A stretch of 60,271 nt of DNA, counting the filler, from Catajapyx aquilonaris (Eukaryota): the NCBI GenBank assembly GCA_000934665.2. It is 4 parts of 4 records of this genome, joined end to end, with 100 filler letters (N's around TTAATTAATTAA, not from the genome) between each part and the next. Parts side by side here need not be neighbours in the genome. Positions count along the whole stretch, not along the records: positions 15,013 to 30,240 come from JYFJ02007658.1; positions 30,341 to 45,232 come from JYFJ02007659.1; 2 more parts are not named here. One strand, 5' to 3'. Every line of letters begins with the position of its first letter. The first letter of the stretch is position 1. The notes under the pieces were generated by a model. The model was given only the letters and a program-made list of their open reading frames with translations, made no database searches and had not been told where the DNA came from. The position numbers and the translations under genes are program-made. Shown one piece after another: positions 23,177-36,200 of this stretch.

Positions 23177-24531
23177 CAAACAAAAGTGCTTGGATGCTGG
23201 AGGGGACTATTTCCGGTACGTGTTCTAGACTGACCTTGTTTGGCATCATACAAGGTAAGTACAGTACATGTCAATTTTCATAGAGAATCATACAATAATT
23301 AAGAAGTTATTGAGGATTTTTTAAATGTTTCCATTCGAGAGAATCGCCCTTCCTCATTGTTGTTCGACGTTAGGTGAGGATCGGCCACCGTAGGAAACGC
23401 AGGGTCTCTTTGAGTGACCAATTTTCTGACTTGAATGGTTAGAGATTGGACAATGAGCACAATTCCTCGGAACAATAATTAACTACTGCAAGACGGGGTC
23501 ATAAATGGGACTTCGGTACACTTTAGCCCCACAAAAATATTATACATATTTCCACTGTCCGCGCAAGCTAACCTAGAGGAAAGGAAATGCTGTTCAGGAA
23601 AGTTTGCCAATCTCTCTGATGAGTTTTTTTTGTATGGGAATTTACGTAGTAGCAAGAGCTAGTAGGTACAGTACCTTTGGTGGGGAAATATTTCCTCACC
23701 AAAGGTAGCTAATAAATAACATAGGTTACACTGTACTGTGTCAGAGTTACGGCGACCCGACCATAAAGGCCCCGCGCCAATGTATCTCATCATCCACAAT
23801 TATTCAAAAGCTAATCAAGAACAAGAATTTACATTTACTGTCCTCACAAAAGGAACTCCAATCAAACGATTAATAGAATTTACGTTAGAGAAATTACATT
23901 TATATTTTAAAATGAAGCTGAGCTGTACTGACACTGTACTGTGTACACTATAATGTGAACACTATAGTATAGTATACTCGTGTTAGTGTATACTCTAGTT
24001 GAAAGTAAACACAAGTACACGTCATGATCTATACCCTCGCTGTACACGACGCGACGAAGAGCTGGCGCCTTCCTGATGTCGATCTTCCTCTTCTTTCTCA
24101 CCCTCGTCACCTCCGTCCACGAACCCGAATCCCAGCTGACCTTCGAACTCTCATTCGCCCTCGCTTTTGTACGCATTTGCCCTGTTTCTCCCACTTTTAG
24201 GGGCAGCGGCGATTCAACTACATACACTGAAAGCAGGGCAGGTCGAACCTTCGAGTCGTGTATCCTGACTATTCAGGGCTACACGTATGCCTCTCTTGTG
24301 AGGAGGGTCACGGTCATTCAGGGACGTGCTTGCGGCAAGACATGGATGAATGTGACTGGCTTACCACCTGAAAAGAGTAGCCTACCGTTGTAGTAATACA
24401 TACGTTTAGGCAATGGCGATGTTCGGCTACGGATCGACGACAAGTGCTAAAAAAATATTCGAACACATGACGCCGTTTAGGTTACACTAAAGATGAAAGA
24501 GTACAAAATAATTTATGCGGCATCTCTCTCT

Positions 24532-24720
24532 TTAAGGTGCGTTTACATGTGAGTGATTTGGTCGCGGCGATGCATCACAGGGCGATGTATCCAATTGTTT
24601 GGGGGCGAAAGTAACAATCGACTTTCGCCTCAAACAATACTGGTTACTTTGGTTACTCAGCGATGTTACCGCTGGCGATGCATCGCCGCGAACAAATCGC
24701 TCACATGTAAACGCACCTTT
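24532..24720. mobile_element. Short Harbinger-like MITE
   Basis: AAGGTGCGTTTACATGTGAG / CTCACATGTAAACGCACCTT; termini related to 16152-17315. Confidence 0.8.
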
Positions 24721-25583
24721 AGAATATACGTAGAAGCCACCTCACCATCGCGTCGCGTCGTCTGCACTTCTCTCCGTTAAACAGCGTTCGAGTGTAAGTG
24801 GGTGAGAAATAGCTAGTTGCATGATGTTTTGGAAAGTTGTAGGGTGCATGCAACGACAGGGCCTCCCGCTCAACTAAAATAATAATCCCGCTGGTTTGAA
24901 CTCAGGTTTGGTCTTCATCCTTGCGGTTATTCTTTCTCGATAATGACATTACCAACACTTAAATAGGCTACTATAAAGTAGGCCGAGTCCACATCACGTC
25001 GCCGCGCCGCGCCGTTGGTTGCCGTCAATGGCGAAATCACGATACGCCTTCGACGTCCTATAGGGAGCTACAATTATTGATGGTTTACCTATAAACTTTC
25101 ATTTTGACACCTCTTCATTGGGTAATATATTAATACTCGCTTTGCGAGGCGGGGGGGCTTCGCCCCCACACACTCAGGCGCTTGGTTCACGGAGAGTGGC
25201 GGCAGTTCAAACGGGCTGAGAGGCAAGACACGGACGTCTAGACTGCAGCCTCCTTCTGGGGGTGTTCTGCCCGTCGTGTCGTTTCCATTTTTGTTGCTCT
25301 ATGCCTTCTATGGTCTATGCCTATGGCATTGGAATGTAGTCAGCGTCTTCAAAACATCGGCATATTCCAAGATTATACATTTGCACCTAACTATAGGGTC
25401 GGCGAGGTAAGTTGAGAATTCTCCCCAGCCAATGGCGTGGCTAGATTTGGATGGGGGACATGGGGGAGTCGAGGTGGAGGGGGGCTGAGTGGATCCGATT
25501 GGGTCACAGGAATGCTTTAAATGGTGCCAATACATGTGTACCTAGAATATATATTATATTGCCATTCCAGGTCTACTTTAAGA

Positions 25584-27290
25584 CAGGGATGTGATCCGAA
25601 ATGAAATTGTATTATTTGGTACGATTCTTCGACAGTTCTGTATCACCACAGTGTTTCGTGATCCGAAATGCAACCGGCACGAAACTTATAGGTACGAAAG
25701 TATGGCTGAACCGAAAAGGTACGAAACCAAATGGATCGCGGTACTTTAAGGCACGAAACTCAAAGGATCCCGAAACAGAAAGGTCCTTAAAGGCACCAAT
25801 TCACAGACATGAAACATTAGGTTTAGTTCCGTACCGACACGCAATGAAATGTAATCCTGAGTTTCATTTTCATACCGCTGCTCATAATGACGTCACGGAT
25901 CTATTAAGCCAAGGGGGACTGAGGTGACTGGAGAGCACAGAACAGTGCTGTGCGTATTATGCTGTATCATACCCTCGCATCGCCTCCATCGCCCCTGTCC
26001 CGCATCTTTTTGCTAGGTAGAGTTAGCGCCCCTACAGTAAATATGACTGCTACTGTTAGAGTATTAGTTCGGCTGTCCTTTTAACCTTTTGATGACGGAG
26101 TTTTTGAGCGATTGCATTACCCCAGGGCCTGAGTTCTTTTTCCCTTTTTCTGGAAATTTTATGACCTCCCCGATTCTCTTGGAATTTGGTGCGTTGGTAG
26201 CCCACCCCAAATGATGAAAAACGCACCTATAGTGACCTGATCAAAATGACCCTGTGACCCATTTTTGAGGGGGAAAGAGGTCAAATCGTGAAATTCCGAC
26301 CTCACCGATTTTCTTGAAATTCGGTGCATTGGTAGCCCACCCCAAGGGATGACAAACGCACCTACAGTCACCTGATCAAAATGACCGTGTGACCTATTTT
26401 TGAGGAGGGCAGAGGTCAAATTTCGACCTCACCGATTCTCTTGAAATTCGGTGCAATGGTAGCCCGCCCCAAGGGATGAAAAACGTACATATAGTTACCT
26501 GCTCAAAATGACCGTGACCAATATTAGAGGGGGACGTATGTCAATGTACCGACAAATTTCAAGAAATAGGTGAGGTCGGAATTTGCCCCCTCAAAAATGG
26601 GTCACAGGGTCATTTTGATCAGGTGACTGTAGGTGCGTTTTTCATCCCTTGGGGTGGGCTACCATTGCACCGAATTTCAAGAAAATCGGTGAGGTCGGAA
26701 TTTGACCTCTGCCCCCTCCAATATGGGTCACAGGGTCATTTTCATTTGACTTGGTAAAGGAAATTAGAGGCTCCCCACAAGTAGCGAATAATACGTCATA
26801 TCGTAAGGTAATTGTCATTTCAGCTCTGACATGCTTTATGCGCAAATGATCGGCCTCATTGTACAAAATGCATGAGCCACATTTAACGAAAACTGCAAGG
26901 CACAGCGGAGAGCCCGACTGCCAGCATGACACGTAATGAAACTCGGGCTGACATTTTCTTACGTGCCGGTCTGGAACTAAATTTCATATTTCGTCCCTGG
27001 ACCTTGGTACCTTTCAGTACAGTACCTTTCTGTGCCGCCACCAATTCAGTTTCGTGCCATTAAGTGCCTCTTTGTGCCGCGATCCATTTAATTTCGTATA
27101 CCTTTTCGGTTCAGCCATAGTTTCGTACCAAAACATACAATTGCGTATCGGATCACATCCTTTTAGTTTCGGATCACGAAATGGAATCATATGTGCTAGA
27201 TTGATAAAGTGACGGCTCCACGACACTAAACTCGGGTCTACTTTTGGTTTCGAAACTAAACTGATCATATAATATCGGATCACATCCCTG
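25584..27290. mobile_element. Non-autonomous hAT element (1.7 kb) carrying an internal inverted tandem array
   Basis: TIR CAGGGATGTGATCCGA / TCGGATCACATCCCTG; perfect 8-bp TSD CTTTAAGA (25576 and 27291). Units of about 130 bp at 26160-26750. Confidence 0.9.
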
Positions 27291-27676
27291 CTTTAAGATG
27301 TGTCCTGTGATAAAAACAATTGCACATCATGTTCACAATATTTCAAAGTTTAATTGTTATCACAGTAGGGCTTTAGAGGTCTAAATCAAAGGATATGAAT
27401 CTGGGCTCTTCTGGCACTCTTGGGGACTACTTTCGTGCAGGCCATCTATCGAGATTCGGGAAGAAACCTTCATTCCCTTGCGGGTGGCGGAGGGATACAG
27501 TATTTGGTGACGTCTGAGGAGGTAGTGGTGGGGGTGGGGGGCATAAGGGGGCGTAGCCAGTCAACTCCCTCTTCTCAGCTTAGAGCGCCGAGCCCTATAT
27601 AAGCCTAGCTCAAATTGTTGCGATGTGTTGCCCAACAGCCTCTATCACTATTCGTACAATATTGAAAAAGTAGCGT

Positions 27677-27715
<39 letters not shown>

Positions 27716-28215
27716 ATGTCCATAAGTGAATGAATTGAAGGGCTTGGTGAAAGAACCAGGTGGCTACATACATTTTGCCAAGTTTTGAGAATACCGCAAA
27801 AATGTGTTTTAAAAAATCACAATTCACACCAGAACTTTACTGTAAAATTAAATACAGATGAACTACTCACAAAGGCTCTTAAAATGGTATTAAGTAGTAA
27901 TCCGGTAACCAAATAAATCATAAGTAAATAAATAAATTTTAAAACCCGTGGAGCTACCTGATTCTTTCACCAAACAGCCAACAGCACGGGAACCTCTCGA
28001 AGTGCTAAGCGAACTTCATGTTCAAATAATTTTTATCATTTTCCGCACCTGCTAGAAGAAAGCACCCTTCCGGAGATATAACACTATATGAAAGGCAAGA
28101 TGAAAGGCCCTGCAGAAGCTCGTATCATTAGTGCTATCGGCGAAATTTTTGGTACTTAGCGGTTTCTTGGGATGGGGAATCTAATGGAAAATCCGGAAAT
28201 TGTGAAGTATGCAAG

Positions 28216-28637
28216 TTAAAGGGACACTCCACTCAAAAAACAAGTTTGGCTCTAAAAATCTGGCAAAAAATCAGGAATCCTACGGTGCAATTCGTTTTTC
28301 GCTACGCGGAACGGTAATCCCAGGGGGAGGTGTCAAAGTGTGTCGTCTGATAATGAGCGGCGCCGCCACGCGGGGAACAGGGGAACTGGAGGGCTGCACC
28401 GCTCTGGGATGGGCCTAAGCGCGCGGGCAGGCGAGAGCAGCACTCCAGTTCTCAAGGTCCCGAGGGCGTCGCTGGCGGACGGCCAGCTTCTAGCGCACTA
28501 TTTGAATTTTTCCACTTTGACCCCTCGCCCTGGGATTACCGTTCCGCGTAGCGAAAAACGGATTGCACCTTCGGATTCAGGATTTCCTGCCCGATTTTTA
28601 GAGCCAAACTTGTTTTTTGAGCGGAGTGTCCCTTTAA
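28216..28637. mobile_element. Kolobok-like MITE
   Basis: TTAA-AGGGACACTCCACTCAAAAAACAAGTTTGGCTCTAAAAATC ... inverted copy-TTAA, with arms over 100 bp. Confidence 0.8.
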
Positions 28638-28765
28638 GGGTGTTTCTCGGGGGGCGGGAGGGGGGGGGGNAATAATTTAAGCGGTAATTTCAACGGGTGG
28701 TAGGGTATGCGTATACGGAAGAAGCCGGGAATGGGTCCGAAGAGCCAGCGACGATCCCTTTCGGG

Positions 28766-28970
28766 GATGTCGACCTTTGACATCGCGATGTCCATCCTTT
28801 CAAGTGTGGATACCCCCATGCATGCTTGCATTGCTGGTGGCCGGAGTCAGGCGGTTGAGCTATTATTTGGCGGTGCCAGCGCCTGACTCCAGCAACCAGC
28901 AATGGAGGCATGTGCGGAGGTATCCACAGTTGCAAGGATGGACATCGTCGATGTCAAAGGTCGACATCTC
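28766..28970. repeat. Foldback palindrome
   Basis: GATGTCGACCTTTGACATCG...CGATGTCAAAGGTCGACATC. Confidence 0.75.
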
Positions 28971-30340
28971 ATGTCTCGAGGAAAGCTTGGAGGTATATGA
29001 TTCTTTGATCAAACTATGGACATTTTTTTTCTTCATAGGATCCCATGATTAACTCATTTTCCATGAAAAGTGGAGCTACTGTACCTGGTTCTTTCACTAA
29101 GCCCTTCAATTGTCCAATGCAACCAATGCAATGGGTGGTTGATTTTCCATTATACATAAGTTATAGTGGTTTATTTCATAAGTAATAACAAAGGAGTTTT
29201 GTCATATTCCTGGTAGCCTTCGGTTCACCAACAAATGTACGCGACAACTCTGTAACCATACACAGGCCCATAAAGCGCCACATTTTCGGTCTGTATAGCC
29301 TGTGATCTCATATACTCTTTGTGTTCACAGCACGGTTCAGAGCAAAGCATACCGTGATCCGGGTGACATCATTGACGCCAGTGACGACATCGTTTTTTTG
29401 TTGTTTTTTTTAAACCCCTCGCAGCATTTCTCTCTACTCTCTTCTTTGGCTGCACACACATGCCTGCAACATGCACGATCCCGTGCATGACCAACCGGAC
29501 CACAACCGGACCAGGAGTGGGAGTTCACTGACATAGCGGAACATGATTACACCTACACCCCTATTGTGCAATGTGTAATACCAGTACCGGTATATTATGT
29601 TACAGCATCGGTCCGAACCTCGGTACGAACCGAGAAAAGGTATTTGGTCAAAATCTCCACTAACAACGGCTAACAACAGCCCCAACAAACACACCAGGTG
29701 GCGAAACAGTGCCAAATGTTTAAATATGCGGTGCCAATACGGCAAGGATTTGCCACTTTTACAAGTGCCGATAGGATACCACTGGTCTGTCTGTGTCTAA
29801 CTGGTGCCGAAATAATACGGACATGTTAATGGATATTAAACAAGTACTGATGATTTTGGTTGGTAATCGGTACCTATAACCGGTGCCTATACTTTGTCAC
29901 CGATATTGGTGCCGAGTTTTCGTTACTATTATGGCTTCTGACTGGTGCTGCAAAATTTGGTTTATTAAATAAGTTACACAAATGACACCAAAACGGCGTT
30001 GACACCTAGGTACAGGACAGTATCTTAATGTAGTCGCAATTTCGGCATGATTAGTCGGCAAAATCGGCATCCCATCGTCACGTGTGTTGGTTGGGATACT
30101 ACCGGGCAGCCCACGGACACTACCCCTATCTTCTGGGCTTATCACCTGCCGAGGGGTTTTGCAGCGGGTGCTCACCTGAGACCGCCACGAGACATTTCCC
30201 ATAGCATTTATGTGGCGACCCTACCGGACTAAGGCTGAACNNNNNNNNNNNNNNNNNNNNNNNNNNNNNNNNNNNNNNNNNNNNTTAATTAATTAANNNN
30301 NNNNNNNNNNNNNNNNNNNNNNNNNNNNNNNNNNNNNNNN

Positions 30341-31093
30341 GCTGTCGATAATAATCATTATTCCAAGCTCCAAATCCACATTAGCAGCCAAAACTTTCCC
30401 ATTTGCAAGTCATTACTTGGTAGGCTGTGCCATGTACCAAATTACCTCACATAAAGCAGCATGCTTTAAGCTGCCGGACTATTACCAGGTGTGATAAACT
30501 TTTTTCTCCCCTTTATTTTGTTTTTACCATTTAACCATTTTTCATACCGGCTGTCGATAATAATCATTATTCCAAGCTCCAAATCCACATTAGCAGCCAA
30601 AACTTTCCCATTTGCAAGTCATTACTTTGTAGGCTGTGCCATGTACCAAATTACCTCACATAAAGCAGCATGCTTTAAGCTGCCGGACTATTACCAGGTG
30701 TGATAAACTTTTTTCCCCCCTTATTATTTTGTTTTAACCATTTAACCATTTTTCATTCCGGCTGTCGATAATAATCATTATTCCAAGCTCCAAATCCACA
30801 TTAGCAGCCAAAACTTTCCCATTTGCAAGTCATTACTTTGTAGGCTGTGCCATGTACCAAATTACCTCACATAAAGCAGCATGCTTTAAGCTGCCGGACT
30901 ATTACCAGGTGTGATAAACTTTTTTCCCCCCTTTATTTTGCTTATACCATTCAACCATTTTTCATTCTGGCTGTCGATAATAATCATTATTCCAAGCTCC
31001 AAATCCACATTAGCAGCCAAACTTTCCCATTTGCAAGTCATTATTTTATAGGCTGTGCCATGTACCAAATTACCTCACATAAAGCAGCATGCT
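30341..31093. repeat. Satellite-like tandem repeat, about 210-bp unit, at least 3.5 near-identical copies, running into a gap
   Basis: GCTGTCGATAATAATCATTATTCC starts at 30341, 30550, 30761 and 30970. Confidence 0.95.
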
Positions 31094-32046
31094 GGTATAA
31101 AACGAGGTCGACCAGCATGTTGGTAAAACCCGGGGGTGGCCAGCATGCCGCAATAACTGAGGTAGATTTCCATAACTTTGATCCCTGTAACATTTTTTGG
31201 AATACTTCTGATATCGTACTGAAATTATGTTACGGTGAAAAATGGGCGAGAGTACAGGTGTGTGACAATATGCAAGTTCCATTGCACAGTGCATAGATTG
31301 TGACCAATCCTATCGTCAGCCTGCTTTGAGAGGGAAACCCCTTACTCCGAGACAATATATGGATCCAGACAAACTAACTTCTTCAGTCTTTCCCTTTGCT
31401 CAGCATCTCACTGGTTTTGTTCTTAGGCACACTGGTGGGTAGCTAATAATAACCTAATATCAGTAATATTGATAAATGAAAGGGTTAATTTGTCGAACAA
31501 GGTATCTCCCAAAAAATCAGCAAAGTAGGGGATAGTGAGAGTAAGAAAGTGCTCGCTGTACTCTACAATGCACTGTACATACAGATTATTGTCCAACACT
31601 GTAATTGAAAAGATTTTGATTTCTGGCAAGTATCAAGTTATGAAAGGCTAATGTAGTGAAAACCTCGCCTCATACTGGCATACCTCACTTACACTGACAT
31701 GCCGGTATAGACACCAGACGACAAATTTCTAAAAACTGTTCGACCTCGAACACTGGCATGCCGCTTTATGTGAGGTAATATGGTACAACATTGCCCTATA
31801 TGGACTAGTCCATGTTTGTGGCCAAAACATTGACCAAGTCAAGGGGTACTTTTTTCCGCACCCCTCGCATCTCTGGTCAAGAACCCCTGCTCTAGGATTT
31901 TACCTTTTAAAATCTGCCTTGGGGACCGTGAAGACACAGGTGCCCCACCATGCCCCACTAAGCTTACGGCTGTCTCCATAAGGCTGGGGTAGGAGTTGAA
32001 GTGAGCTGGCTGTGAGCTTGCCTAATTTTCATTAGAATGAACTTTA

Positions 32047-32915
32047 TACCGGGAGTTAATGAATTCAACTGACAAACTTCTAGGGGTAATAGAGGGGACC
32101 AAGACAAACATATTTCATATAGGACCCCGTGTCCAGAAACGCCATCTAGTGGGGGTCAATAGACACGGAACGGGGTGCATTCAGACGAATCAGGCGGGAG
32201 GTGCTACGTGAGTGAACTGATTTAACCTGTTGAGGACTAAGTTTCTTGTTGTTTTTGTGGCTTTTTTTCTTTCTTTTTTTGTCCAAAATTTGAGATGTAG
32301 GAGTGATATTAATGAACAACAACTTCGCGCCAAAATGAATCATTTTAATTTGTGGTGGTCCTTTTGAATGAAAAATGCCGGAAAAAATTCATCTACAGGA
32401 TGTTCCAGAAATAATTTTTTAAGAATCGTCTGGCTCTCAAAACGTCCACAGGCATAACAAGTTTACATAATCACTATACGACGTACATTGTTATTGTGGT
32501 TACATCGTGACCTTGGCATATTCGACGCAAGCTGGCAAGAGCGCAGGACATTATACAGTTGCCATGGTTGTTTAGTCACCATCCAAGAGATGGCAGGAGT
32601 AATGTGAACCTCATCTGGACCCGCAAAATTCGAATTCTCTGTGCACATTTTAGCCCGCCAACTTTAAAAATCTGTAGATCCTCATAAGATGCTCGTCACC
32701 CTCAACAGGTTAATTCAATTAAATAATTAATATATTAATTAAGTCAGTCCGCTCGCCTAGCGCCTCCCGCATGACGCGTCTGAGCTCACCGTTCCGCGTC
32801 TATTGACCCCCTCTAGATGGCATTTTGGGACACATGTTCCCACATGAAATATGTTTGTCTTGGTCGCCTCTATTACCCCCAGAAGTTCGCCAGTTGAATT
32901 CATTAACTCCCTGTA
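32047..32915. mobile_element. Tc1/mariner-type non-autonomous element with long inverted arms
   Basis: GGGAGTTAATGAATTCAACTG / CAGTTGAATTCATTAACTCCC with TA flanks; arms about 150 bp. Confidence 0.85.
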
Positions 32916-33287
32916 TATTTTGATTTGGTTTGGACCACTTCCACTTCGGAAAAAAAATCCCTTCTACAATTTCAGGAGCAGACCCCTCCTCACATTATTG
33001 CACCATATGGCTTAAACTTGATATTTAGCTTTATAAATGGCATACAGTGGGTGTGCACCGCTCTGATTTTTTTCCAGCAAATTCTGAAATAGTCGAGCAA
33101 TATTTTAGCTCACTTGATTCAGAATGACCCCAATATTTCGAGGATTTTGGTGTTTTGGATGCCCCAAGGTCAAAAACAAAGTTAAGACAGAATGAAAGGT
33201 CATTATGTATTACAAGTGATCTAAGGGACAAAAATAGCAATTAATTCCCATTGACAAAAAAAGTTGATTTTTGATTCAAAATGATAT

Positions 33288-36200
33288 TTAGTCATGTGGC
33301 TCCCCCTTGTGCTTTCTGGCATGTTTGTTCAGGCCAGATTTGTAGGCAAATTTTTTCCCACAAATTTTGCACTCACACAGCTTCTTTCCTGTGTGCATTA
33401 CAGCGTGTCTGTTCATGTAGCTCTTTCGACTAAACTTTTTTCCACACACCTTACAGTGAAATGGCTTTTCACCACTGTGCAGTGTCTCATGTGTCTTCAT
33501 TCCATATCTATAAGAAAACTTTTTTCCACATACCTTACAATGATATGGTTTTTCCCCTGTATGAGATCTCATGTGAATTTTCAAATGAATTTTTAGAGTA
33601 TAAGCTTTCCCACATTCGTTACAGCTGTATGGCTTTAATCCAGCATGTACTGAATTGACATGTACATGTAGATGCTCTTTTCGCTTGAACTTCTTTGCAC
33701 ACTCTTTACATCTGTATGGTTTCAACCCAGCATGTATGGAATTGAAATGGCCATCTAAATGTGTTTTCTGGCTGAACTTCTTCCCACATTCTTTACAGCT
33801 GTGCGGTTTCTTTTGATCATGCACAGAACTGAGGTGTACATTTAAATTCGACCTACTTCTGAATGCCTTATCACATCTAGTACAGACAAATGGCTTCTCT
33901 CCAGTATGAATCATCATATGCTGCATCAAGTCACTCTTCTTCCTTGCTTGGTGTGAGCATAATTTGCACTTTTCTTTCGCCGCTTTTATTCTACGCTTTT
34001 GCATTGCAACTCTTGGCCTTTCTTCAGTGTGTAAGGATTTTCCATCAGGTTGAATGTTTGCCACTTTGGTTTTTTTCTTCATTTGAGCTGGTTCTCCTCT
34101 ACCTCCAACACTGCTACCTTTTCCCTCCAAACTTACATGTTGGTGCACTAGCCCCTTGTTATTGGGGATTTCCTCCTTGCATGACATTGTTGAGCATGGT
34201 TCATCCAAAGGACTATGCAACAATTGGGTATCAACCTGAAAAAATAGGCAATCATCAGTTTCCAAGTATGCCTGCATTTGGGCCTCTTCGTATGGCCTAC
34301 GTCAGAACACTTGATCATCTGCTCAGAAAGTAATGAGAGAGAATTTCTGTTGCACAAGCAAGTACTTCCAGAGATACATTTGTTGTCTCAAGGAAAGATC
34401 AGTTCCAAATGTGTTATTCTATACCAATATATAGGCTCATGGAAAAAGAATGAACTCGGATTTAAAAACCCTATAACTCGAAAACTTGTAAACATATCTT
34501 AATGATTTAAGTTTTGAAATGCTAAGTGTCTAAAGTTTTGGTCTTACCATAGTTTGTTTTGATATGAGCTCCATTTGTCACTTAGAAAATGTAAATATGG
34601 TAATTGGTGTCATGCTTAACCTGCTTAGACATGTCTGGAGTCACCATTGTGATCCTATCCCATAGGTGCTGGAGATGCCAGATCTTTTCACCATTATGTG
34701 TATCTCCACAACCAAGATGCATAAACAGAGTATGGTGGCCAAACTTGGGTCGGTGTCCCTCTAGTGGGGTGTGATTGTTATGTAAGGTCTGGCCGCCAGA
34801 GGCGCAGCTGTGCTATCAGGGCCTAAATCTGAGTGCATGCAATGGCTGATATAAGCAGAATGGGCGTTTGGGACTCTGTTTGTGGTCACATTCAGACTTG
34901 CCTGACCCAGTCGGACAACTGAACCCCACTGGGAGATAGGGGATAAAATAGGCTGTATTTTAGTGCAATTCGTCTTTCTCTACCCGCGTTAGTACATTTG
35001 CAATAAATTGTCAGAAAATTTATACGAGTACATTGCACTCAGGATAATCTGCGATAATAAATGCACGGTGTTTCCAGATATTGTGAAAAAAGGATTATCC
35101 AAAAACGGCCCTAGACACCGTAAAAATGAGCTATGTAAAGGTTTTTAATGAACATTACTACTATACATACCAGCACTACGTACGCTGCATTAAATCGGGT
35201 TTGATAAAAAAAGCTACGGTACATTAGATCATTAGAGGTTTAGTTGGACTTCTGTAAAAAGTCTGTTATATTAATTTTTGCGAGATATATTGGTATATTA
35301 TAATTTTGGATTTTTAAATTTCTAATTTTTGGCGATGCAGTATGGATAATACGCAACACGTATATACCGTGTACGTAATAGGAAGTCCAGTGTATAAAAT
35401 AATGCTGATTTTTAAATTTTACCATTTCCTATTCTTCACTCTTGTACTTACATCTATACAGTACTCCCGATTATCCGGGCTAATATGACTGCACTGGTGT
35501 TGCGGGATAATCGGAAAACACGGATAATTGGAAAATGGTCCTTGAAAATGAGCTATTCACAGGTTTTTAATGTAGTGTACTATTGTGCAAGGTTATTGGG
35601 CACAAGGTTGAATCAAAATAATGACACTTAACATAGATTTTTACTTTGTCTTCTAAAAACAGTCCGTTATATTTTTTCTTTGGCGAGACATATTGACAGT
35701 GGGTGGAATTTTCGTCCCACTGCTAGATAGTCTACTGATAGCTTAGCAGTACCATTGTTGGCACTCGTACTACTCCTAAGTTAGCAGTATCAGCTCTTCG
35801 CAGTATCTAGCAGTGTGATGAAAATTCGACCAATTTTTTCGGGCTTTAATTTTGAATTTTATTATTTGGCCATGCACGCATAATCCGTACCCGGATAATC
35901 GAGAGTACAGTCCAGTGTATTTGTGTCAGGAGTGTATAATATCAAAGCACGCTGTCTAATGTCTAATTTTGATTTAGATGACGTGTCTGGTAATGAAATT
36001 ATAGTCCTAATGTTATTGAATTATTATGATGGCTCAATAGAGTGATTTGTGCATCAAAATATGTCGGACAATGCCTGTCTGTTAAATTCTGGTCCAGCCT
36101 GGTCGCATGTTTTCCTCCTCACACTCTGGCAAACTCTACTACTGTTAGAAATCACATGTACAGTACAATTTCAGCATTTCGCGACCCCAGCACCAATTTA

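Larger units (their letters stand above)
27737..29107. mobile_element. DNA transposon relic with AATT flanks (possibly Sola-like), hosting nested elements
   Basis: GAAGGGCTTGGTGAAAGAACCAGG / CCTGGTTCTTTCACTAAGCCCTTC, with AATT on both sides. Confidence 0.65.

Noticed and set aside
23064..23274. Poly-Ile / poly-Asn ORFs (also at 48810-49471)
   Set aside because: Translations of (ATT)n SINE tails.
30341..31093. Regular repeats as a possible CRISPR array
   Set aside because: Whole 210-bp units repeat with no unique spacers, there are no cas genes, and the context is eukaryotic.
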